Shown in pieces: positions 51,970 through 62,045 of a stretch of DNA of 64,000 nt (the first letter of the stretch is position 1; each line of letters starts with the position of its first letter). The notes beneath the pieces were generated by a model. It saw only the letters and a list, made by a program, of their open reading frames with translations. It did no database searches and was not told the DNA's origin. The position numbers and the translations under genes were made by a program. The stretch is from NCBI GenBank assembly GCA_963754925.1, contig CAVWHX010000004.1:864001-928000 (forward strand), written 5' to 3'. This DNA is from an uncultured delta proteobacterium (GTDB lineage: Bacteria; Myxococcota; B64-G9).

Positions 51970-53990
51970 GTTCCTGAGGGAGGCTGCGTTTGTGTCTCCG
52001 CTTCATCAGGTGTTTTATCGAGCAGGGGTTGCGATGGCGGCAGAGCTTCTTTTTTCGGCAGCGGATACCCAAACAATACACTCAACTCTCCGACTACTTT
52101 AGCATATGCTTCGGCCGGATTGTATCGATAAATGGCCTTGATGTTTGGGCTGCCGGTTGAAAGCGGTCCGTTGAGCTTGAAGCCGGCATTCTTTAGATAA
52201 TTTGCCGCAGAGGCCAGGGCGTCCGGCCAGTTGTCGAGATCGATACGGCCGTCCTGATCCCAGTCCTGGCCATAGCGCAGGATGTTGCTAGGCAAAAACT
52301 GTACCAAACCAACCGCCCCTGCGTATGAGCCCAATATGCTCAGTGGGTCATCGGGGTAAACGGTAAGGAGCGCATCCAGTTCAGAGCGAGCCCAGTGCCT
52401 ACGCCTATCCCCACCCAACGCCACCGTGACTAAAGCGTTGAAGGCGTGGTGGGCCCCTCGCTTGAGACCAAAGCGGGTTTCGACCGCGAGAATGGAAGTC
52501 AGCACTTCACGGTTAACGCGGTATTTTTTTTGAATTGCATCGAGCAGTGACGCATTCTCTTTCATGAACGTCGCGCCCGCTTTGAGCACTTCGTCCCGGA
52601 TGAACATCGACCGGTACTTTTCGTACGGCAACGCCTCAACCGGTTTTTCAAATTTCTCGTGCACCTCCGGGTCGAGCTCAGCCCGCCGGTCTGAAAAAGC
52701 CCGCCGCAACACGACCTCGGGAATGCCGCTACCGGCCAGCTCGAGCATGAGTTCTCTGACCCGCCCGCGGGTCTCGGCGTCCGGTATAGTTAGTAACCCA
52801 GCGCCATCACCGACACCGGGGAAGAGGCTGCCGTCGTCGTTTATCTGCGCGGAAGAAAATCGGAAATCGGTCGCGGTTAGCGCCTGGATCTCACGGATGG
52901 CGTGTTGGAGCGGATCGGGCTTAGGTCCCCCCTGGCCTTCTTGAAGGGTTGCGGTAAGGTGCCCCCTGAGAAAGGTACCGGAGTGAGGATCGAGCTCGGC
53001 TGAGAGAACAACGCCGTGACCAAGAGGACCAACCAGGCTGAAGCGTCCATAGGTGCAAAAGTTACCTAGACTGTACACAACCAGTCTCCCCCGATATACC
53101 TCAATGCCACGCACGACATGGGGGCCATGGCCTAACACCAGGTCAGCCCCGGCGTCCACGACCGCGTGGGCAAATTGAATCAGGTGACCGCGCGGTTCTC
53201 TACCCAACGATTCTGGGGCATCGGTGACATGGGTGGCCGCGAGGCCTTCTGCCCCCCCATGAAAGCTGACGATCACGAGGTTTCCTTCATCCTTGAGAGC
53301 CCGAACCTGTTTGGCGGCGTCTCCGATCTCAAGCAGGTTATAAGCGCTTGAACCCGTGCTAAACGCGATCAGTGCAAGCTGTCTTCCACGCACGTTCAGC
53401 CGGGCAATATCCCCAACCGGACCAGCGTGTGCGATCCCGACCCGATCGAGTGCCGCCAGCGTGCTTTGGCGACCCTCGGATCCAAAATCCAGGGCATGGT
53501 TGTTGGCTAATCCCATAACGGTAAATCCGGCCGCCTGCAAGTGCCGGGCATACGCCGTCGGCGTACGAAAGGCGTAACACAGGAGATCGGAGGAACATTT
53601 GGTGGTCGTACCACCATCGGCCAGCGGACCTTCTAGGTTACCAAATACCACATCGCCCGTAAGCACCTCTCGTACTGCAGCGAAAAGGGTTTCACCACCA
53701 TCCGGTGGAAGGGTTTTCTCGGTGGGAACGGCCGAACCCATATTCACATCTCCTACCGCAGTGATCAAAAGCGACTTTAGCTCCGAAGATACCGTCGGTG
53801 CAGCCAGCACCTGAGGCAGAACCTCGTCCCTGGTTGGTTCAGCGTTGGGATGTTTCAATGGCGCGGCAGGCTGAACCGTTGGTTCAGCGGTATCGGCCGC
53901 CCTGAAAGGAGCGGAGCACGACGCCATGAAGACTAAGATACCGACGTCCACCAAAAATGCCGCACGACGCCGTGGGGGTCTCCCCGTCAC
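51966..53990 (-). CDS. Lipoprotein fusion: CapA/PGA_cap metallophosphoesterase + MltB-type lytic transglycosylase
   Basis: MASC lipobox; AVGDV, GNLEG, LANNHALDFG, FHGG, GHGPHV, YSLGNF; then AVETRFG, GSYAGAVGLVQFLPS, DWDQDGRIDL, ASAANYL, YN. Confidence 0.88.
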   Translation of the reverse strand: MTGRPPRRRAAFLVDVGILVFMASCSAPFRAADTAEPTVQPAAPLKHPNAEPTRDEVLPQVLAAPTVSSELKSLLITAVGDVNMGSAVPTEKTLPPDGGETLFAAVREVLTGDVVFGNLEGPLADGGTTTKCSSDLLCYAFRTPTAYARHLQAAGFTVMGLANNHALDFGSEGRQSTLAALDRVGIAHAGPVGDIARLNVRGRQLALIAFSTGSSAYNLLEIGDAAKQVRALKDEGNLVIVSFHGGAEGLAATHVTDAPESLGREPRGHLIQFAHAVVDAGADLVLGHGPHVVRGIEVYRGRLVVYSLGNFCTYGRFSLVGPLGHGVVLSAELDPHSGTFLRGHLTATLQEGQGGPKPDPLQHAIREIQALTATDFRFSSAQINDDGSLFPGVGDGAGLLTIPDAETRGRVRELMLELAGSGIPEVVLRRAFSDRRAELDPEVHEKFEKPVEALPYEKYRSMFIRDEVLKAGATFMKENASLLDAIQKKYRVNREVLTSILAVETRFGLKRGAHHAFNALVTVALGGDRRRHWARSELDALLTVYPDDPLSILGSYAGAVGLVQFLPSNILRYGQDWDQDGRIDLDNWPDALASAANYLKNAGFKLNGPLSTGSPNIKAIYRYNPAEAYAKVVGELSVLFGYPLPKKEALPPSQPLLDKTPDEAETQTQPPSGT

Positions 53991-55360
53991 GATGGGTTCT
54001 CCACCTCCACCGGAGCCCGGGGCTCGAGTGTCAAACCAAATCGCTCAGACAACCCGAACCGTCGTACCAGCCGGCGGAAGCGTTCCTCGTCGAGCGTTAA
54101 TGCGTCACGTATGGTTTGCCCGGCGGCCGCGGGGGTTACATCGTTAGAAAGCTTGCCAACCTGCTCGTTGAGTTCCCGACGCAGTGATTCGTCCACCTCA
54201 TTTTCGATGCCCAAATCCTCGAGGTACTTCTCGCGCGTCAGCGCCAAGTCCAGCCGTTGGTTGAAATTCTGATGGTCGAGTATCTGCTCCCGAAACTCGT
54301 TGCGTATGCGGGAGACTTCTCCCTGCAGACCGAGCTCGTCGACCCGTGACTTCAAGGTGGCGACATCAATTCTCAGGCGCTGGGCGGTCTTGCCCAGCGA
54401 GCCTTGGAGTTTTTCCAGATGTCGGCAGATCACCTCGCTTTCCCGTTTCTTTAGCACCTCACCCAACTGGTGATAATGGATCGCTCTGAGCACATCCTCC
54501 TCTTCGAGCGGCACGCCCGGCATTCCCTGATAAATTTTATTGAGTCGCGTGACCAGATCGGTGCGATCATATTTCATCTGGTTTACTAATCCGGCCAGTA
54601 ACTTGCGGCCCTTATCTTCATAGAGAATTGCAAAAATCCCTCGCGTGCCACCCTCCCGACGCGGTGTCGCTTGCGCGGGCGTCGCCGGCGGGGTCACCAC
54701 AGGGGCCGGTATCGGAATGTCCGAATCGGTTGCCATCGGCGCGGCGGATTCGGGTAACGGAAGAATAGACTCGGAAGCGGGCGCGTCTTCGGACTTGCGC
54801 TCCTGGTACCGCTGACGCTGATAATGGGCCGAGCAGAGGCCCTTGGCGCGGGAAGGTCTGCCGCACCCGGGCACCGAGCAGATCCCGGTGTCCTTAATGT
54901 TTACGTGGTTATCGGCGGAATCCGGAATCGGCGGTTTTGGACCCGAAAACACCGAAAAGGGAACCTGGCCCGTGCCGGTCGATGGCGTCGATGGACGACC
55001 ACCGCCACGATAGGTGACGGTCGGGCGCGAAACCACCCGCGGTCGGCGAGTCACCACCGATGCACGTGGTGAGGTTAACAGCGGCTCCATCCGCGGCAGA
55101 TCTATCTTCGGCGCCGACTGACTCGACGCTAAAACGGCCGATGGAGTCGCGGCGGGTGCGGGAGACTTGAGAGCCTTTACCTCAACCTCGAGATTATCGA
55201 GGCGCTCTTGAATCGCCTCAAGCACCGTCATCAAGCGACCAAGCATTTCGGACTGATCCAAACCACGGATCACCCCCTGCGCCACCATGTCACCAAGACC
55301 GGAGAGCATCTTTTCAACCTGACTCTCCAGCTGTTCTCGTTCGTTAGTAGAATCAACCAT
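53987..55360 (-). CDS. Putative DNA-binding protein with a Cys3His motif and Fis-like HTH
   Basis: N-terminal coiled coil; CSVPGC..AKGLCSAHYQR; GSLGKTAQRLRIDVATLKSRV. Confidence 0.65.
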   Translation of the reverse strand: MVDSTNEREQLESQVEKMLSGLGDMVAQGVIRGLDQSEMLGRLMTVLEAIQERLDNLEVEVKALKSPAPAATPSAVLASSQSAPKIDLPRMEPLLTSPRASVVTRRPRVVSRPTVTYRGGGRPSTPSTGTGQVPFSVFSGPKPPIPDSADNHVNIKDTGICSVPGCGRPSRAKGLCSAHYQRQRYQERKSEDAPASESILPLPESAAPMATDSDIPIPAPVVTPPATPAQATPRREGGTRGIFAILYEDKGRKLLAGLVNQMKYDRTDLVTRLNKIYQGMPGVPLEEEDVLRAIHYHQLGEVLKKRESEVICRHLEKLQGSLGKTAQRLRIDVATLKSRVDELGLQGEVSRIRNEFREQILDHQNFNQRLDLALTREKYLEDLGIENEVDESLRRELNEQVGKLSNDVTPAAAGQTIRDALTLDEERFRRLVRRFGLSERFGLTLEPRAPVEVENPS

Positions 55361-55689
55361 ACTCAAGTCTCCTTCTTAAGTTGCAACGCACTCATTCATA
55401 ATGCATTTGCTTTACGAGCCACCACCCCCCGGGGCTACCGCCCAAGATGACGTGTGCGCACCTTAACTTTCTGCCGGTGGCTTACGAGGGCCAAATAAAA
55501 GTCGTCCGTTCACCTAGCCGTCAGCGACGCCCCGACCTTGGAGTGGCCATTATACCATCAGGACCTTACTCCTATAAACTTAGTAACAGATCGCGGATAG
55601 GCGGTCAAGGATCATCATTGCGATCCAGCACATTCTTCCGCTATCAGCCTTCGCCACCACCGCGACAGCGCGCACAGCATCAAAACCGA

Positions 55690-55851
55690 TGGCAGTATCT
55701 CAGTATGAGGCTTACGGGTATTCGTCGAACGACACGCGACCGAAACATATTAATCGCTTAACAGTTCAGTATTCAAAGCTTAAATGGGACCTGGGTGTAG
55801 ACGGTCGCCTGCCGAACACCCGTAAGCCTCTGGCAACCTGAGACACTACCA
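55690..55851 (-). other. Long imperfect inverted repeat / candidate structured RNA
   Basis: Stems 55690-55703/55838-55851, 55707-55724/55813-55830 and 55736-55742/55802-55808; 59-nt loop. Confidence 0.7.
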
Positions 55852-55905
55852 AACCGAGGATTCTAAGTCGATTTTATTCTTTTTTGTTATGATTCGAGCT
55901 GTTGC

Positions 55906-56442
55906 TCACCTGAGTTTCACGCCCTCAATATTAAGCAACAGCGCTTTCGTCTTGAGACCTCCAAAAGCTGAAAACCCTCCCAGCTGTCCGTTTGCCGCCA
56001 GGACACGGTGGCACGGAACAATGAGCGGAAACGGATTATGTGCCAGCGCGTTACCCACCGCACGCGCAGCCCCGGGTGATCCTGACGAGGCCGCCAATTG
56101 GCCATAGGTCGCGATCTTCCCAGAACTGATCCGCCTGGCGGCTTGGTAAACGCGACGAGTAAACGGCGGTAGCGTGTCAAGCGCCACCGCCACCTGGCTG
56201 AAATCAAAAAGTTTCCCCCGAAGGTGCTGCTGAATCTGACGAATTACCTTCTTAACCCACTGCGGTGGTGAGGCTTTTGGCACATCACCGACCCGAGAGA
56301 GGAGCTTGACGATAGTCTTCCGGGGACTCGATTCTGGAAGTTGAATGCCCGTGATAGTCCGTTCGCACCAAGCAATGGCGCAAGCGCCTATTCTCGTATC
56401 AAAAACTGAACAGCCATGGATTGTTTTTTCTTTAGAGTTCAT
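55906..56442 (-). CDS. ogt: Methylated-DNA--protein-cysteine methyltransferase
   Basis: TYGQLA, ARAVGNAL, NP..IVPCHRV, LLNIEG. Confidence 0.93.
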   Translation of the reverse strand: MNSKEKTIHGCSVFDTRIGACAIAWCERTITGIQLPESSPRKTIVKLLSRVGDVPKASPPQWVKKVIRQIQQHLRGKLFDFSQVAVALDTLPPFTRRVYQAARRISSGKIATYGQLAASSGSPGAARAVGNALAHNPFPLIVPCHRVLAANGQLGGFSAFGGLKTKALLLNIEGVKLR

Positions 56443-56588
56443 GATGGTCACCTTCTTTCGTCCGCACCGCATAATAACATTAAGATTTATAATAATTTTT
56501 GCAATTACAGAAAATATTTTTTTTGCCAATCGCAATAAATACGATTAGAGAATAACAGATGAAACGGTATCATGTCGTGAGGAGCGTC

Positions 56589-58523
56589 ATGGGAAAGAGT
56601 CTAACCCAGAAAATCTTAGAGCACCATCTGGTCACGGGCCGCTTTGCACCGGGAGAAGAGATCGGCATCGGTATCGATCAAACGTTAACCCAAGACGCTA
56701 CCGGCACCATGACTTACTTGCAGTTCGAGGCCTTGGGCATCCCGCGGACGAAAACCGAGCTTTCGGTGAGCTACATCGACCACAATACCATTCAAATAGG
56801 TTTCGAAAACGCAGACGACCATCGTTACTTGGCAAGCGTAGCTCGCAAGTACGGCTTGCACTTCTCGCGCGCCGGAAATGGCATCTGTCATCAAGTTCAC
56901 CTTGAGCGTTTCGGCAAACCCGGCAAAACGTTGCTTGGCGCCGACAGTCATACCCCGACCGGCGGCGGACTTGGCATGATCGCCATTGGCGCGGGCGGGC
57001 TGGATGTGGCTTTAGCCATGGCCGGCCGACCCTTCTTTCTTGTTTGCCCAAAGGTGGTCAAGATCAATCTCGTCGGCTCGCTTGCGCCGTGGGTATCAGC
57101 CAAGGATGTGGTCTTGAAAATGCTCGAGATCTTCGGCACCAAAGGCAACGTCGGTTGTGTCTTTGAGTATGCCGGCGAGGGGGTCAGGACTCTTTCGGTT
57201 CCGGAGCGCGCCACCATCACCAACATGGGCGCCGAGTGCGGCGTGACCACCTCAATATTTCCCAGCGATGAGCTCACCCGGCGGTTTCTCATCGCCCAGG
57301 AACGCGCGGCCGACTGGATCGATCTGCAACCGGATGCGGACGCTGACTACGATAGCACGCTCGACCTCGATCTTTCGGCTATAGAACCGCTGGCCGCCGC
57401 ACCTCATTCGCCGGGCAACGTCAAGACCGTGCGCGAGCTCGCGGGTTTGAAAGTTGATCAGGTCTGCATCGGCTCCTGCACCAACTCGTCGTATAAGGAC
57501 CTCGTCACCGTGGCTAACATACTTGCAGGCAGAGTGGTCCATCCGGATGTAAGTTTGGTGATCACGCCCGGGTCAAAACAGGTTGTTCAAAACGTCGCCA
57601 AAGATAGGTATCTCGAGATACTGATAGCCGCCGGAGCACGTTTGGTCGAGCCCTCCTGCGGCTTTTGCATCGGCAACAGTCAAAGCCCGAGCAGCGCAGC
57701 GGTGTCTCTTCGCACCGCCAATCGCAACTTCGAGGCTCGTTCGGGAACCAAAGACGCCCAGGTCTACTTGGTCAGTCCGGAAACTGCCGCCGTGGCGGCA
57801 ATCAAAGGCGCGTTGATCGATCCACGGGTGTCCGGTCTGCCTTTTCCGAACGTCGCGGTGCCGGATCGTTTCCTTATCGATGATGGCATGATCATCCGTC
57901 CCCAGGATACGAGCGATCCGGCGGCGATCGTAATCGAACGCGGCCCCAATATCGGCGGGCCGCCGACCATACAGCCCACTCCTGAGAATCTCGATGGGGT
58001 GGTGACGATCAAGGTCGGCGACAAGATCACCACCGACCATATCATTCCGGCTGGCGCGCGCATGAAGTACCGCAGCAATATCCGCAAATATTCGGAGTAT
58101 GTCTTCGAAAACCTCGACCCAGACTTTGCGCAACGGGCTGCAACCCACCGTGATGCCGGCAGACACAACGTTATTGTCGGCGGTTGGTCGTACGGCCAAG
58201 GCTCGTCGCGCGAACACGCCTCGATCTGTCCGGGATTTTTGGGGGTCAGGGTGGTTTTGGCGAAATCGTTTGAGCGCATTCATGCCGCCAACCTGATCAA
58301 TTTCGGGATCATCCCGCTGACCTTTGCCGACCAGGCCGATTACGATCGCCTCGCGCAAGGCGACGCTGTTGTTATTCCTTACCTTCGCAACCAAATCCAA
58401 TCGGGTGGTATTTTGATGTTGAGCAATCGAAACACGGGGATACAATTTGAAGTCAAAGCCTATCTGACCGAGCGCCAGCGAGCTATCGTGGTTTCAGGCG
58501 GCGCACTCTCAATCCACCAGTGA
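56589..58523 (+). CDS. Aconitate hydratase (short, ~645 aa type)
   Basis: QDATG, GICHQ, DSHT, IGSCTN, CGFCIG, NRNF, TTDHI, GSSREHA; upstream of icd. Confidence 0.93.
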   Translation: MGKSLTQKILEHHLVTGRFAPGEEIGIGIDQTLTQDATGTMTYLQFEALGIPRTKTELSVSYIDHNTIQIGFENADDHRYLASVARKYGLHFSRAGNGICHQVHLERFGKPGKTLLGADSHTPTGGGLGMIAIGAGGLDVALAMAGRPFFLVCPKVVKINLVGSLAPWVSAKDVVLKMLEIFGTKGNVGCVFEYAGEGVRTLSVPERATITNMGAECGVTTSIFPSDELTRRFLIAQERAADWIDLQPDADADYDSTLDLDLSAIEPLAAAPHSPGNVKTVRELAGLKVDQVCIGSCTNSSYKDLVTVANILAGRVVHPDVSLVITPGSKQVVQNVAKDRYLEILIAAGARLVEPSCGFCIGNSQSPSSAAVSLRTANRNFEARSGTKDAQVYLVSPETAAVAAIKGALIDPRVSGLPFPNVAVPDRFLIDDGMIIRPQDTSDPAAIVIERGPNIGGPPTIQPTPENLDGVVTIKVGDKITTDHIIPAGARMKYRSNIRKYSEYVFENLDPDFAQRAATHRDAGRHNVIVGGWSYGQGSSREHASICPGFLGVRVVLAKSFERIHAANLINFGIIPLTFADQADYDRLAQGDAVVIPYLRNQIQSGGILMLSNRNTGIQFEVKAYLTERQRAIVVSGGALSIHQ

Positions 58524-58533
58524 AGGAGCATTC

Positions 58534-59746
58534 ATGAAGAAGATTAAGGTTTTGAACACGATTGCCGAACTGGACGGCGATGAGATGACGCGCATTATGT
58601 GGCGCATGGTGAAAGATTCATTACTGTTGCCCTTTGTGGACATGAAGCTTGATTACTATGACCTGGGATTGAAAAACCGGGATGATACCGACGATCAGGT
58701 AACCATCGAGGCGGCTCAAGCGATCATGCGGCACCAGGTAGGGGTTAAATGCGCGACTATTACCCCCGAGGCCGCGCGCGTTAAAGAGTACGATCTTAAG
58801 AAGCAATGGAAGAGCCCGAACGGCACCATTCGCGCCATGCTCGAACGGGACGGTGTTCCGCTGCCCTATCCTGGCTAAGAACATCAAACCGGCGGTGCGA
58901 TATTGGAAAAAACCGATCGTAATCGGCCGACATGCGTACGGCGATCTGTATCGCGACGTTGAAATGTGCATACCCGCGCCGGGCACGGTTAACATGATCT
59001 ACACGCCGGCCGATGGTGGGCCGCCTCAGTGCTTGGCCGTCCATGACTTTCAAGGTCCGGGGGTGGTATTGGGCATGCATAATCTTTCGGATTCGATAAA
59101 GAGTTTTGCACAAGCGTGCTTCAGGTACGCCCTGGATAAAAAGCTCAACATGATGTTCTCCACCAAGGACACGATCTCAAAGACCTATGACGGCGAGTTC
59201 AAGAGGATCTTTCACGAAGTGTTCGAGCACGAATTCAAGGAGCGGTTCACCGATGCCGGAATCAGTTACAGCATCACCCTGATCAACGATGCGGTGGCGC
59301 GTATCATGAAGTCTGAAGGCGGGCTTCTGTGGGCATGTCGCAACTACGATGGCGACGTCATGTCCGATATGATTGCCTCGGCCTTCGGCAGCTTGGCCAT
59401 GATGACCTCCGAACTGGTATCGCCCCATGGTTACTATGAGTATGAGGCCGCGCACGGCACGGTACAGCGGCATTATTACCAACACCTTAAGGGAGAAAAA
59501 ACCTCCACCAACAGCACGGCCCTGATATACGCCTGGACCGGCGCACTGAGTAAGCGCGGAGAGCTCGACGATACCCCTGAGGTGGTCGAGTTCGCCAACA
59601 AGCTGGAATTGGCGGTCATTGCGACCATCGAGAGCGGCTTAATGACCAAGGATTTGCTCTCCAGCGCCGATCCGAAGCCCGAACGGGCGGTCGCCACCGC
59701 TGAGTTCATCGATGCGGTTGCCAAAAATCTTGAAAAACGATTGTAG
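58534..59746 (+). pseudogene. icd: NADP-dependent isocitrate dehydrogenase split by a 1-bp insertion (probable assembly error)
   Basis: DGDEMTR..KCATITP..SPNGTIR, then +1 frame GRHAYGD..NYDGDVMSD..EAAHGTV; GAAC at 58843-58846 should read GAC (LDGTVFR). Confidence 0.92.
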
Positions 59747-59786
59747 CTACGACCAGTAGTATCCTATCTAGGTCGGTCGGTTGTTT

Positions 59787-62009
59787 ATGCCGTATGCACA
59801 CGTCGCCATCGCTGTACCGCTTCCCAGCTTGTTCACCTACGAGCTTCCCCTGGATCTCACGGGTGCTATCCGCCCCGGACAGCTGGTCGAAGTGCCCTTT
59901 GGCAAACGCCGCCAACCAGGGTTAGTGGTGAGCCTCTGCGACAAACCACCTGCCGACGTCGTAATCAAACCGATCGCCAAGCTCCTCGAATCGGAACCGC
60001 TCTTGTCCGAGGCGCTCTTGAAGGTGCTGCTCTGGGCGGCCGAATATTATTTGGTGCCGCCGGGCGAGATGATGTTCGCCGCCCTGCCCCCGATGTTCCG
60101 TCGGCATACGCACCGGCGCGGTGCAAAGCAGGTGCGGCTGGCGCGGGTGGTCACCGACGGGTACGATCCAACTACTGACGGAGATAGATTGCGGCGTTCC
60201 CCTGCCCAGGCACGACTGCTCGATCGACTCAGGCGATCAACCGAATGGAACGTCGCCGACCTCTGCCGGGGAGATCCGACGGCGCGCATAGCGCTCAGGT
60301 CGCTCGTCAAGAAAGGGTTAGTGGTGATCGAGCAGCGCGCGGTAGCGCGCAGCCCCCTCACGCCACGGTTGCCGCCATCACCGCCGATCCACCAGCTGAC
60401 CGGAATGCAAAAATACGCCCTCGGGGCAATCGAGCAGGCCATCGGGCAACGGCAGTTTGCGGCCTTCTTGCTTCATGGTGTGACGGGCAGTGGAAAAACC
60501 GAAATCTACTTACGCGCCATTGCGGCCGCCTTGGATAGCGGCCGCGGAGCAATCTTGCTGGTACCGGAAATAGCTCTGACGCCCCAGCTGGTTGCCCGGG
60601 TACGTGCGCGTTTTAACGAGCGTGTGGCCGTCTTGCATTCCGGCCTCAGCCAGGGTGAGCGACTCGACGAGTGGCGTCGCCTACAGCGCGGCGAGGCGCT
60701 GGTCGCGGTCGGCGCGCGCTCGGCGGTTTTTGCCCCCGTTCACGACCTGGCTGTGCTGGTCGTTGACGAGGAGCACGATCCTTCGTACAAACAATCTGAG
60801 CACCTTCCCTACCATGCCCGCGATCTGGCCATCTTGCGGGGCCGCGAGGAACATGCGGTGGTGGTGCTGGGGTCGGCCACACCATCGCTCGAGTCAATGC
60901 AGCATGCTCACACGGGCCGGTATGCACTGCTCACGCTCGGTGAGCGCGTCGAGCAGCGCCCGTTACCCGAGATCGAAGTCGTCGACCTCAAGCAGACATC
61001 GCTGCATCCCGAGGAACGCGATCATACCTTAAGCCCGCGCCTGGCCGAGCTGCTCGCCGAGACGTTGGACCGCCATGAACAGGCTATTTTGTTTCTGAAT
61101 CGGCGTGGTTACTCAAGCTTTGCCCTGTGCAAGGATTGTGGTGAGGCTATTCGATGCGACCAATGTAGCGTCGCGCTGGTACACCATCTCAAGGAACAAA
61201 GCCTGCGCTGTCACTATTGCGGGCAAATCCTGCCGATACCAACCCGATGCCCGCGCTGCACCGTTGGCCGCGTGGGCCTCTTCGGACTTGGCACTGAAAA
61301 AGTTGAGGCCGAAGTGGCGCGACGTTTTCCCGGCATCCGTATCGCGCGACTCGACTCGGATGCCGTGGCCGGGCGCGGGGTGATCGAAGGCCTCATGAGC
61401 CGGTTCGCCCACGGAGAGGTGGATGTCCTGGTCGGCACGCAGATGGTAACTAAGGGCCACGACGTCCCCAACGTTACCTTGGTCGGGGTTTTGCTCGCCG
61501 ATCTGTCGCTGCATCTGCCCGACTTCAGGGCCACGGAGCGGACTTTTCAATTGCTCACGCAGGTCGCCGGCCGCTCGGGGCGCGGCCTCCAGGGAGGGCG
61601 GGTGGTCATTCAGACGTTCATGCCACAGCATGAGACCATCCTGCTGACGCGCGAGCATCGTTTCGACGAATTCGTCCGCCGCGAGCTTTCGCGCCGCAGA
61701 GCGCTCGGCTATCCCCCGTTTCGGCGCCTTATGCTTATCCGATTCAGCCATCCGAAGGCCGAGCACGGCGTGCGGTTCGCGCGCGCCGTTGCCGACGTCT
61801 TCCGTCACCATGGTTCAACGTCGCTCCAGATCCTCGGTCCGGCTCCGTCGCCTCTGCAGCGCCTGCGCGGCCGCTACCGTTTTCAAATGTTGATCAAGGC
61901 GCGCGGGGTTGAAGAGCTGCACCGACTGGCTCGACTTGCATCCACAACGGTTCGGCTACCGGCCGGCGCGAGGATTATTTTTGATATAGATCCCCAAGAC
62001 ATGCTATAA
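59787..62009 (+). CDS. priA: Primosomal protein N'
   Basis: GVTGSGKTE, VPEIALTPQ, DEEHD, LNRRGYS, four CxxC, GTQMVTKG, QVAGRSGR. Confidence 0.96.
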   Translation: MPYAHVAIAVPLPSLFTYELPLDLTGAIRPGQLVEVPFGKRRQPGLVVSLCDKPPADVVIKPIAKLLESEPLLSEALLKVLLWAAEYYLVPPGEMMFAALPPMFRRHTHRRGAKQVRLARVVTDGYDPTTDGDRLRRSPAQARLLDRLRRSTEWNVADLCRGDPTARIALRSLVKKGLVVIEQRAVARSPLTPRLPPSPPIHQLTGMQKYALGAIEQAIGQRQFAAFLLHGVTGSGKTEIYLRAIAAALDSGRGAILLVPEIALTPQLVARVRARFNERVAVLHSGLSQGERLDEWRRLQRGEALVAVGARSAVFAPVHDLAVLVVDEEHDPSYKQSEHLPYHARDLAILRGREEHAVVVLGSATPSLESMQHAHTGRYALLTLGERVEQRPLPEIEVVDLKQTSLHPEERDHTLSPRLAELLAETLDRHEQAILFLNRRGYSSFALCKDCGEAIRCDQCSVALVHHLKEQSLRCHYCGQILPIPTRCPRCTVGRVGLFGLGTEKVEAEVARRFPGIRIARLDSDAVAGRGVIEGLMSRFAHGEVDVLVGTQMVTKGHDVPNVTLVGVLLADLSLHLPDFRATERTFQLLTQVAGRSGRGLQGGRVVIQTFMPQHETILLTREHRFDEFVRRELSRRRALGYPPFRRLMLIRFSHPKAEHGVRFARAVADVFRHHGSTSLQILGPAPSPLQRLRGRYRFQMLIKARGVEELHRLARLASTTVRLPAGARIIFDIDPQDML

Positions 62010-62045
62010 AAAAGTGTAGCTTCTGCGTTTTTCGAGAATATACCA

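Noticed and set aside
55690..55851. Retron msr/msd or 6S RNA identity for the long hairpin
   Set aside because: No reverse transcriptase in the window. The geometry (large terminal loop, no large central bubble) and gene context do not fit 6S well.
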